Origin: a virus
Lineage: Duplodnaviria > Caudoviricetes
Strand: one strand, 5' to 3'
DNA: 64,000 nucleotides
Virus record (IMG/VR): IMGVR_UViG_3300046779_001679
Location: 1-64,000 of that record
The notes below the pieces were generated by a model. It was not told the DNA's origin. It saw nothing but the letters and a program-made list of their open reading frames with translations, and searched no databases. Position numbers and translations under genes: made by a program. This document shows, one piece after another, positions 1 through 8,144 of this stretch (positions are counted from its first letter, which is position 1; each line of letters starts with the position of its first letter).

Positions 1-83
1 CTTCTTGTACATGATTACACGCAGCAGCGTGCAAGCTGTAAGCATGCCACACGTTAACAACCTGAACTACCTAGGAGCAAGCT

Positions 84-155
84 ATGGGATATCGCGCAAA
101 AACAAAAACACAAGCAGCAGCACGTCGTGCATTGCGTCGCAGCCGCAACAAATAA
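84..155 (+). CDS. 23-aa basic peptide MGYRAKTKTQAAARRALRRSRNK (not in ORF track)
   Basis: AGGAG about 6 nt upstream of ATG at 84; TAA at 153-155; followed by a strong hairpin at 165-197. Confidence 0.55.
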   Translation: MGYRAKTKTQAAARRALRRSRNK

Positions 156-324
156 CAGCAGCAGTGCAGGCTACAGCTCCGGCAGTTGTAGTCTGCAGCC
201 ATGCATTAATTCTTGGTACGTACCGCAGCATAAACGAGGCAAGCCGTACAAGCACAGCGATAGGTTACCATCAGAGCCTCCGGGGCTATAACGCACTAAG
301 CGCCTCACCTAGCTAATCCTGCAG

Positions 325-367
325 CAACCTTGGGGTTTATTTTTTTTAACACAAAGCCCCAAGGTTG
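325..367. repeat. 11-bp inverted repeat CAACCTTGGGG...CCCCAAGGTTG around a T-rich loop
   Basis: Arms read directly at 325-335 and 357-367. Confidence 0.8.
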
Positions 368-819
368 GTATTAAAACCTAAACGCAGCAGCCCGGGGCAG
401 TTGGCATTTCTTAATTTCAAAAAATAAAAAACTCTTTTTAAAATTTGTCTTTAATTTCATCTAGTACAAAACCCCACAACGATATGAATTGATCTTCTGA
501 ATGCAAGCTAAGGCGGCTGCGTAAGTCATTGATTTATATAGCCCACAAAAACACTAGCCCCGCAAACTTGTGAAAAGATCAAAAGAATCGCCCTGGGGCT
601 AACGCAAGTTTAGCACAGCCCCACATAACTAAAAGAAAACCTAAGCGTCGCTTTAGCAGCAGCATGGGGCTTAACACAATAACTGCAACGCCCCGCAAGT
701 GATTTTGCAGCAAAAGTTACCAACCTTGGGGCGCAGCACTAGCCCCAACTAACTAACTTGTGTAGTGCAGTAAGGCTACAAAAAATAAATTAAAAAAGAC
801 TAGCGCAGCAACAGAGTTG

Positions 820-828
820 TGTTATACT
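820..828 (+). promoter_or_regulatory. Extended -10 (TGtTATACT) sigma70-type promoter with A-rich UP-like tract at 781-798
   Basis: TG-n-TATACT about 40 nt upstream of the RBS/ATG at 870; -35 is poor. Confidence 0.45.
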
Positions 829-869
829 TGCGTTGTAGCAATAGTGCTACGCAAACTAGGAGCAAAAAA

Positions 870-1202
870 ATGGAACAGTTGCAACAAGCTATGTTAAAAG
901 CAGCAGCACAGCAAAACATTAACCTTGTAGTGCTAATTTTTGCAGCAGCGCACGCACACGGGGACACAGCAACTATGCAGTTAGTAGTAAACGATTACGC
1001 ACACGAGTTTACAGCTAATGTGCAGCAAGCTATGCGCCAAGCACTAGCAGCGCATGTACAGTTGCAGCAGTGCGAGGACACGCTAGTGCAACACTTGCAA
1101 CAGCACTTGCCCATGCAGCAGCTTAAACAAGCAGCAAGCAGCGCAAGCGAGGACACAATAACAGCAGCACAGCAAGCTATTGCTAAAGCCATGCTACACT
1201 AA
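870..1202 (+). CDS. 110-aa Gln/Ala-rich helical hypothetical protein (putative early gene)
   Basis: AGGAG at 858-862 favours ATG 870 over the track start at 819; strongly biased codon use. Confidence 0.75.
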   Translation: MEQLQQAMLKAAAQQNINLVVLIFAAAHAHGDTATMQLVVNDYAHEFTANVQQAMRQALAAHVQLQQCEDTLVQHLQQHLPMQQLKQAASSASEDTITAAQQAIAKAMLH

Positions 1203-1528
1203 TAGCAGCTGAGCACGCACACACGAGGCAACTTGTGTGTGCAATTGTTTTTATTTTTTGCTAGCCCCGGAAGCAACGTTTTTAATTAGCACATTAGGTG
1301 GTGGGGTTGATAGCCCCATGCCACCGATGAGGTTCAGACCGGGGCATTTAGCCCCACGGCCGGCATATAAAAAAATTAATACTAAAGCATTAATTTTTTG
1401 GCAAGCAAAAAAACACCCCATATAGGTGCAAAATCACCACCATGAATCTGTAAGTACTTCTTTTATTTTTTTCGTAGCGCAAAAATACAGGACCCAAGGA
1501 CCCATTCTGGGCAAACCTGCCCCCCTCT

Positions 1529-1563
1529 CTATAGTTCTCTATAATAGTCTATAATTGTCTATA
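1529..1563. repeat. Four CTATA units at exact 10-nt period
   Basis: CTATA at 1529, 1539, 1549 and 1559. Confidence 0.8.
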
Positions 1564-1837
1564 GTAACGACGCCCATGTAATACGCTTTTCTAAGTTGTC
1601 GATCAAAGCCTCTAACTCGGCCGCTTGTATTTGATACAAACTGCTAAAATATTTGATCCGCCTACAGTCCACTAGAATTTGATCTACCTTTACGTACTGT
1701 AGGGTTACAGTTTTCAGCATCTTAGTCAAATCACGCTTAATAGCCATTTTTCCCTTAAACTCTCTTACTAGCATACTCACATGTTCGTAACGTGCTACTA
1801 GTTGAGTGTGTTGGGTCATGTCAAGCGTTTTAGTCAT
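1559..1837 (-). CDS. Hypothetical helical protein, about 92 aa, probably leaderless
   Basis: The track start at 1873 is the TTG of a -35 box; the first ATG after the -10 is 1837. Confidence 0.65.
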   Translation of the reverse strand: MTKTLDMTQHTQLVARYEHVSMLVREFKGKMAIKRDLTKMLKTVTLQYVKVDQILVDCRRIKYFSSLYQIQAAELEALIDNLEKRITWASLL

Positions 1838-1844
1838 AGCCCTT

Positions 1845-1873
1845 ATTATACTAGTAAAAACTAACCCCGTCAA
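1845..1873 (-). promoter_or_regulatory. sigma70-type promoter TTGACG-17-TATAAT
   Basis: Near-consensus hexamers with 17-nt spacer; ATG 7 nt after the -10. Confidence 0.85.
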
Positions 1874-1957
1874 TTGCCTAAGTACTTCGCTAATTTTTTT
1901 TGCGCTGGTAAAAAATGGGCCCTAAGACCCATTTCAGTGTATAGATACTATAAAGGA

Positions 1958-2407
1958 TTATTCACTAGCGTAAGGATCGGGTCTTGGCTGCTCTGGCTTA
2001 CGACCCATTGGATTGTTGATTTTCACGTTAGGATTTTCAGTCTTTTTGTAGAACACTGGCTTACTGTCATCCATGCTGTATACTACTGATAGATAACGAT
2101 CACTGCCAAATACATGTGCGTCTTCTAGCTTGTATGTTAGCAAGTAAATGAACTTCCATTTCTTTTGATCTTCACGTCCTACTTGTAGTGTAACAGTGTC
2201 GTTTTCTGGATTGTACTCTAGCAAGTCAGCAGCTACTCTGCGTGCATTGTTGTTGCTACGATGATTAGGTACATCAATAGTAAATCTAACTTCTTTATCC
2301 AATTGATCGCTTAGTGCTTGACGTACTTGATCAAACGTATTAGTACTCTTAGTGTTACCAGTCCAAAAACTTTCGTTTAGTAGCTTACGCATAAATTCTG
2401 CTGACAT
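1958..2407 (-). CDS. Hypothetical late protein starting MSAEFMRKLLNES
   Basis: TATAAATA on the minus strand at 2428-2435 precedes ATG 2407. Confidence 0.7.
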   Translation of the reverse strand: MSAEFMRKLLNESFWTGNTKSTNTFDQVRQALSDQLDKEVRFTIDVPNHRSNNNARRVAADLLEYNPENDTVTLQVGREDQKKWKFIYLLTYKLEDAHVFGSDRYLSVVYSMDDSKPVFYKKTENPNVKINNPMGRKPEQPRPDPYASE

Positions 2408-2427
2408 ATTATAATCCTGTGATTGAT

Positions 2428-2444
2428 TATTTATACTATAAATA
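2428..2444. promoter_or_regulatory. Back-to-back T4-type late promoter boxes TATTTATA-C-TATAAATA
   Basis: Two perfect TATAAATA boxes in opposite orientation between divergent genes. Confidence 0.8.
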
Positions 2445-2449
2445 CTAGT

Positions 2450-2665
2450 ATGCGACACATTACTCAAATCCAATTAAACCCTGACTCGTGGACACAGTAC
2501 TCAGGTTGGTTTTATGTTAAAAACTATGGTCCTAAAGACTATGTGTTTGATGCTAGCACTGGTGTGTTGACTCTATTCAATACCACAGTAATTAACCACT
2601 TTTTTCAACATCACCCAAACTTGCCATATACGCTAGTTTCACACAGTGATGGCACAATAAAGTAA
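2450..2665 (+). CDS. Hypothetical protein, about 71 aa
   Basis: ATG 5 nt after TATAAATA; ORF track 2423..2665. Confidence 0.6.
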   Translation: MRHITQIQLNPDSWTQYSGWFYVKNYGPKDYVFDASTGVLTLFNTTVINHFFQHHPNLPYTLVSHSDGTIK

Positions 2666-2666
2666 G

Positions 2667-3032
2667 TTAATCTTTACTAGTACGCTGCTTCCAAAACTTC
2701 TTGCCCATGCGGCTAAGAGTTGAGCTTGCTACTACAGTGTTACCCAGTTTTTCTGCCCAATTATACATCTTTGTAGCTATACCCATGCGACGAAACTTTT
2801 GATGTACCCATGTGTCAATTGAGCTCATAGAGTCTTCGTCGGGATTTACTTCTAGTGTGATATAAGCGATTTGGCCCATGTGTGGGCTTTGAACGTCTAC
2901 AGTTAAATCAAATTCACCACGGCTGTGTGCAGTCCAAATCAAACCCAGTTCGTCAGTGTGGGTTTTTGTAAAGCCCTTTTGCTGCTTTATTTCAGGCTGT
3001 ATTAGTTCTGTGGTGAATTCTTTGTAGCGCAT
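2667..3032 (-). CDS. GNAT-family acetyltransferase-like protein
   Basis: Motif-A-like VHQKFRRMGIATKMY; C-terminal GKKFW; ATAAATA upstream. Confidence 0.65.
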   Translation of the reverse strand: MRYKEFTTELIQPEIKQQKGFTKTHTDELGLIWTAHSRGEFDLTVDVQSPHMGQIAYITLEVNPDEDSMSSIDTWVHQKFRRMGIATKMYNWAEKLGNTVVASSTLSRMGKKFWKQRTSKD

Positions 3033-3141
3033 TCAGTATTTATAGTGCAAGCGGCGCTGTACGCGATAACGCTAGTTCGCGTTTTACCGCTAGCCGCTTC
3101 GCGGGTTGGAAATTTTCGCTGACGCTTCGCGCTGTTGAGGC

Positions 3142-3744
3142 TTATTGCCAATAGTAATCAAGAGTAAAAGAGCCAGTTTCTTCTACCATAATTCGATCTC
3201 TTACATTTGGATAATCGATATTACTTAAATGGTCGATAAAGTCAGAATACTGAATAAAGTCAAATTTATATTTTTTAGCTAGTTTATCCCAGTTAGTTTG
3301 GCTTTGTAAATGCCATGGCCAATATTTTTGATTGTAACTTTGTAATGTGATGTTGCCAATTTGACTATCTTGACTGATAAAACTATGTATTAGGGAGTTG
3401 GTTGGCATAATAGTTAAAAACTCGATTAAATCATACATCGAATCTTTAATGCTAGTTTGCCTAAAAATTTCGCTAGGACCGTACCGGCCTTTGTCAACAC
3501 TTATACCTGATGATTTATTTGGAGTTGCACGTTGTCTAATATGATTAAAATCTGTAGTAAATCTATTTTTTTGATTACCTGTGATCAAACAATCCCACAG
3601 CATAAATGCTGGTTGTTGGCTTATCAAACAACTTAGCGGAGTTGCTGGGTCTCCGTGATAGATTTCTTGTAGAAATGGTAAATTTAGATTTTTATATTTT
3701 GCTTTGCTATCTTCTCGAGTGCCTGGTTTTGTGCTAACAAACAT
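3142..3744 (-). CDS. Hypothetical protein, 200 aa
   Basis: Long ORF; no motif recognised. Confidence 0.6.
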   Translation of the reverse strand: MFVSTKPGTREDSKAKYKNLNLPFLQEIYHGDPATPLSCLISQQPAFMLWDCLITGNQKNRFTTDFNHIRQRATPNKSSGISVDKGRYGPSEIFRQTSIKDSMYDLIEFLTIMPTNSLIHSFISQDSQIGNITLQSYNQKYWPWHLQSQTNWDKLAKKYKFDFIQYSDFIDHLSNIDYPNVRDRIMVEETGSFTLDYYWQ

Positions 3745-3874
3745 ATGCCTATAGTTCCTTTATTATAAATTATTTTATTACTGCGATATGCAGTTTTTGT
3801 ATTTTATTAAATTCATCTGTTTAAATACGACCGATTCGAATCATTATCCAAACTAATTTGCTCATAAATATTAG

Positions 3875-4588
3875 ATGAAAACTGAACAAGAATTAGAAGA
3901 AGGCTGGCGCAGTGTTGCCGCAGGTATTGCCACAGGCATTGGCCTAGGTGCTGGCGGATATCATTTAGATAAATTGCTACAGCCAGGTGCTACACAAGCA
4001 GTTACACAGCCCGCAGCAGTAGCCCAAGTGCCACAAAAGATTGTTGATCATGCTAATAACTTGTTGGCAACACCTAATGGGCAAATGCTTAAAAATATTG
4101 CTGTTAAAAGCGGCATACAAGGGCAAGCACTAGCAGCGTTTCTAGCGCAGTGTGCTCATGAAAGTCAAAACTTTACTAGACTAAAAGAGTTTGGCGGTAA
4201 ACTGGATTATCGCAAATATGATCCAAAATTCAATCCCCAAAAAGCTCGGGAATTGGGCAACAAACAAGTAGGCGATGGTGCTAGATATGCAGGCCGTGGG
4301 TTTATACAAATTACCGGACGTTGGAACTATGCACAGTTAGAACAAGCACTTAACTTGCCATTAACTAAACACCCTGAACTATTAGAAAAACCACATATTG
4401 CTGCTCGTGCTAGCGTGTGGTATTGGCAAAACCGTGTAGAGCCTCATGTAGCTAACTATGATGACGTAGCTGCTACTACTAAGCCTATTAACAAAGGTCT
4501 AAAGGGTCTAGAAGATAGAAAAATCAAGTACATGGGCCTAAAACATGTTCTAGTTAATGAACCAGCCAGCGTTAAAACTGCTAAATAA
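3875..4588 (+). CDS. Glycoside hydrolase family 19 (chitinase/lysozyme-like) muralytic enzyme
   Basis: AAFLAQCAHES, RYAGRGFIQITGRWNY and SVWYW motifs; ATAAATA 4 nt before ATG. Confidence 0.9.
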   Translation: MKTEQELEEGWRSVAAGIATGIGLGAGGYHLDKLLQPGATQAVTQPAAVAQVPQKIVDHANNLLATPNGQMLKNIAVKSGIQGQALAAFLAQCAHESQNFTRLKEFGGKLDYRKYDPKFNPQKARELGNKQVGDGARYAGRGFIQITGRWNYAQLEQALNLPLTKHPELLEKPHIAARASVWYWQNRVEPHVANYDDVAATTKPINKGLKGLEDRKIKYMGLKHVLVNEPASVKTAK

Positions 4589-4607
4589 CTAATATTAAGG
4601 AATATGC

Positions 4608-6536
4608 ATGCCTATTGACGACAATGAGCCGCAACGTAGACGCAGACCGGAAGGTGATAACCAGCCGAGCCGTCCTACCCAGGATCGTCCTAACGCACCA
4701 AGGTTTAATCCTCAGTTTCCTAACGATGCTAACTTACCAGCCGGTCCTAACGATCAGCCAAGACAGCCTCGTAGAGATGCTAACGAGCCAACTCGTGCTC
4801 CAGATTTAAATCGTGCTACTGGTGACGAAACTCGTCGCTCATTCCGTGGTGGAGATTTCAATCCACAAATGCGCGACATGCTTAATCGCTTAGATCGTCT
4901 AGATCAACCCGGCGATATCAGCGACGAAGAAGCACGCAGGCTAGCCGGATTAGACAATGATCAAGGTGAGCCTCGTCCCGTTAATCCCGAAAACTTACCT
5001 GCTCTTACAGGCCGGGAAGTTGCACGAATTAGCAACGAAATTGCAGCAGCCGGTACAGTACATCCAAAGTGGCACAGTATCAGCAACTTACCAGGTTTTC
5101 AAAATCGTAAGATTCGTGGAATGGGTCAAGACTTGTTCTCTATGTTTACTACAACTGAACATCACAACATTCTTACTATTAGCACAAGAGCTAACAGTGA
5201 ACGTGAAGTTAAAGCAGTGTTAGCATGGTTGCAAAAAAATGCAGAATCGCTACCTGAAGTAGACATTGACTATTCAGGTTACAACATGGGCGACTATCGT
5301 CCAAAAGTCCGTGAATTCCGCACAGAAAACACACGCTTCCATGTTGTTCAAGATCCTGAGGGTTGGTATATCTATGCTTACCCAGAGCAAACAGCAGTAG
5401 AGCATACAAGTCAATCACGCCTAGGTCATGATGGTGATGATAGCGGCAGCGACGAGCCAGAACGCGATGAATTCGGCGCACTTATTCCAAAGAGATTAAA
5501 AGAGGATACTCAAATGAAATTTAGCAGCATTAGCGAACAGATTCGCTATCTAACTAACAAACTAGATAACTTGGAAGAAACAGCATTAGTTGACGATATT
5601 TTTAAATCCCAACTAGCTGAAGCTATCCTCGACGAAAGTACACTAGCTAAGTTGCTAGGTACAACTCCTGGCGCTGGTCAGCTTGTAAGAGCATTACACA
5701 GCAGACACAAATTAGCTAGCGGCGGTCTAAAGAATCGTCCCGGTTCTGCAAACATTGACCCTAACTACGAAGAGATTCCTCCAGACACAAAAAACATTGC
5801 TGTTACTATTAAGAGCAATAAAGACAACTTCTGTATCATTGTTGGTACAAAGGGTGTAGCAGGTGTTAAACCTGAAGAAAAGCGTTGGGATCAAAGCCGT
5901 AGTAAAGAACGTGATACAACATTGCCTTATGTAGTTGTTTGGTCAACAGGCGAAGGTGCAGAAAGCGAAATTGCTAAGTACCGCATGGGACGTATGGATG
6001 CTACCGGTGGCTCAAGTGCTATGGAAGGTGGTGCTCCTAACTTGTTCCAAGTATTACGTGATCGTATTGGACCTGTAGTCCGTGCTTATCGTGCTACAGG
6101 TGCTGTTGAACGTACTAAGATGTCAGGTCGCGAAAAGCTAAAGCAATCTGCTGTTCCATCAATGGAGCAAGTGGCCGACAAACTAAAGCCAGTTTTAGCT
6201 AAGTTACTACAACAAACAGTTGGTCAATTAGGCCCACGTATTCAACGTCTAGCACAAGCAGGTAACTACGATGCAGTTGAAAAACTAACTCGTGCTGGTA
6301 AGAAAATCCAAGCTATGGCTACTGCTTTAGATTCTGATAACCCACAGTGGACAGGATGGAATAGCCCATTATCTTCATACTCATCGTTAGTACAAAGCGG
6401 TGTTCGTGAAATTACACAAGGCATGGACGAAGACGGAAGAAATCAGTTTATGATTAACATTGTAAACGGCCAAGCAAAAGAATTAGGCGAGTTATTAAAC
6501 TTTGTAAGAGCAAGATTGTTTAGCATCTCGGAGTAA
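4608..6536 (+). CDS. 642-aa hypothetical protein with Pro/Arg/Asp-rich disordered N-terminus; putative head-internal protein
   Basis: Long ORF; AAGGA upstream; internal LxE motifs. Confidence 0.75.
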   Translation: MPIDDNEPQRRRRPEGDNQPSRPTQDRPNAPRFNPQFPNDANLPAGPNDQPRQPRRDANEPTRAPDLNRATGDETRRSFRGGDFNPQMRDMLNRLDRLDQPGDISDEEARRLAGLDNDQGEPRPVNPENLPALTGREVARISNEIAAAGTVHPKWHSISNLPGFQNRKIRGMGQDLFSMFTTTEHHNILTISTRANSEREVKAVLAWLQKNAESLPEVDIDYSGYNMGDYRPKVREFRTENTRFHVVQDPEGWYIYAYPEQTAVEHTSQSRLGHDGDDSGSDEPERDEFGALIPKRLKEDTQMKFSSISEQIRYLTNKLDNLEETALVDDIFKSQLAEAILDESTLAKLLGTTPGAGQLVRALHSRHKLASGGLKNRPGSANIDPNYEEIPPDTKNIAVTIKSNKDNFCIIVGTKGVAGVKPEEKRWDQSRSKERDTTLPYVVVWSTGEGAESEIAKYRMGRMDATGGSSAMEGGAPNLFQVLRDRIGPVVRAYRATGAVERTKMSGREKLKQSAVPSMEQVADKLKPVLAKLLQQTVGQLGPRIQRLAQAGNYDAVEKLTRAGKKIQAMATALDSDNPQWTGWNSPLSSYSSLVQSGVREITQGMDEDGRNQFMINIVNGQAKELGELLNFVRARLFSISE

Positions 6537-6537
6537 T

Positions 6538-7611
6538 ATGTTTTTAAGAGAACTATTTGAGTCAACTAGGCTCGTCGAAAATGCTGTTAGTAAAGGCGGC
6601 GCTAATGTACTTGCAAACAAGAACTTAGTAGCCGGTATTGCTAACGGCTTGCGTACTGATCCAAGCCCTACAATGAATTATGCATTGCAAAGCAAGTTCA
6701 ACAGGTTACCTGACGAAGAAGTTGCTAAGTGGTTTGTTGAACAATTAGACCGCATCGAACGCCAAGGGTACGAAGGCATTGTGTATGGCCGTAATGGCCA
6801 ATACCATATGTGGATTGCACAGAACTATGCCACTGGTGCTGACATTTGGGAAGATATCGAAGGTGAAATGGGCCCTGCATTGCGTGACTTTACTATTCTA
6901 AAGAATCGTAACATGCTCGATCCACGCCATGCTGAAATTGGTAGATACAAAGGTGTTAAAGCCCTACACCGTTACATGGTACAGCATTACAATCAAGCAC
7001 TACAAGATGTGCGTCAAACTGCTGCAATGGCTGCTATGTTAAAGAGTGCAAGAAGTGTATTACTTGCCGATACACCCGAGTATAAGATTTATTACTTGCA
7101 AAACCGTCCAGCTGCAATTGCATATGGTAAAGGTGCTACTTTCTGTACTGCTAATAGTAATAGCGATCTCAACTTTAAATCATACAGCTCTAGAGCTCCG
7201 TTACTAGGTCTGTTACCAAAATCAGAAGCAAAGCAAGATACTACTGGTCGATTGGGCGGAAGAACTTATCAAGAAAAGTATCAGTTCGATGCAAGTAATG
7301 ATCCGCGCAGTGCTAACTTCCGTGATAACCTAGACCAAATGGTTGATCCTAAAGTTATTAGAGAGCGTTTCCCTTACTTGTGGGATGACTTATCTAAAGG
7401 ATGGAATGCCAATGCTAAAGAAATTGGTGAGCCAACTGAAGAAGAAGGAATTCAAAAGCTACAGTATGATCCACAGAAGGAACTACAGAAGCTCAGAGTT
7501 AATTTGTCACAATACTGGACTAACGAAAAACGCCCAGAAGCACCACCAGAAGGCGAGGCTCCTGCAGAACAACCGGCTGCAACTCCTCAAAAGGGAAGAT
7601 TACCAGGTTAA
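6538..7611 (+). CDS. Hypothetical putative head-associated protein (MFLRELFES)
   Basis: Long ORF coupled to the previous gene and ending at a terminator. Confidence 0.75.
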   Translation: MFLRELFESTRLVENAVSKGGANVLANKNLVAGIANGLRTDPSPTMNYALQSKFNRLPDEEVAKWFVEQLDRIERQGYEGIVYGRNGQYHMWIAQNYATGADIWEDIEGEMGPALRDFTILKNRNMLDPRHAEIGRYKGVKALHRYMVQHYNQALQDVRQTAAMAAMLKSARSVLLADTPEYKIYYLQNRPAAIAYGKGATFCTANSNSDLNFKSYSSRAPLLGLLPKSEAKQDTTGRLGGRTYQEKYQFDASNDPRSANFRDNLDQMVDPKVIRERFPYLWDDLSKGWNANAKEIGEPTEEEGIQKLQYDPQKELQKLRVNLSQYWTNEKRPEAPPEGEAPAEQPAATPQKGRLPG

Positions 7612-7638
7612 AAAAAGCACTCCGAAGAGTGCTTTTTT
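7611..7638. terminator. Bidirectional intrinsic terminator AAAAAAGCACTC-cgaa-GAGTGCTTTTTT
   Basis: Perfect stem with A/T tails between convergent genes. Confidence 0.9.
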
Positions 7639-8080
7639 ATTCTTTACAGTAATACTGATAGTTTACGCTTGTTTCATTTTCCCTACGGATACTTGCTCCG
7701 TTTTTCAAATGGAAACGTTTTGCCATTTCCGTTTGCGGGCTTAATGTTACAATAGCCTTTATATCTTTGTATTCGCCCAATAACCAATCTGCTGCCGCTT
7801 TGATTAGTTGTTGTCCGGCGCCGGGCTTATAGCTCCAAATGGTGTAAAATACAGCAACATCTTTATTTTCTGCTAGTTTTACAAGATCTGCTTCGTCTTC
7901 GGGCACATCTGTTAGCCATTGCATACAAGTAGCTGCTAATACCTCCTCCCCTGCTTTCAATAATAAAATTTCGGCAAAGTTGTTAACACGCTGTTCTAGA
8001 GGAATATGCGGACGGACAGGATCATCTTTGATCACGCTTGTTAACGGATCATTAATGTCTTTAATGTGATGTAGTTCCAT
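7637..8080 (-). CDS. Divergent GNAT-fold-like protein
   Basis: YTIWSYKPGAGQQLI and TLSP..EMAKRFHLKNGA resemble GNAT motifs A and B. Confidence 0.5.
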   Translation of the reverse strand: MELHHIKDINDPLTSVIKDDPVRPHIPLEQRVNNFAEILLLKAGEEVLAATCMQWLTDVPEDEADLVKLAENKDVAVFYTIWSYKPGAGQQLIKAAADWLLGEYKDIKAIVTLSPQTEMAKRFHLKNGASIRRENETSVNYQYYCKE

Positions 8081-8144
8081 GATAGCTCCCCAGGTATTAT
8101 ATGCGTATTTATTATAATACCTGAAAAACTAGATTGCAATAGTA

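Noticed and set aside
5-316. 103-aa ORF in track
   Set aside because: No RBS; overlaps a better-supported RBS-led peptide and a hairpin-rich region
522-535. TAAGTCATTGATTT motif, with weak echoes at about 1452 and 1880
   Set aside because: Only one good copy; cannot assign a function from sequence
282-780. CRISPR-like array from recurring GGGG/CCCC motifs
   Set aside because: No constant 25-45-nt repeat or regular spacers, and no cas genes
1295-1365. tRNA/tmRNA-like look (GGGGC, GGTTCAGAC, CCACC)
   Set aside because: No T-stem pairing around TTCAGAC, no cloverleaf and no CCA end
1237-1425. 62-aa ORF in track
   Set aside because: GTG start without RBS, running through T/A tracts and palindromes; likely non-coding
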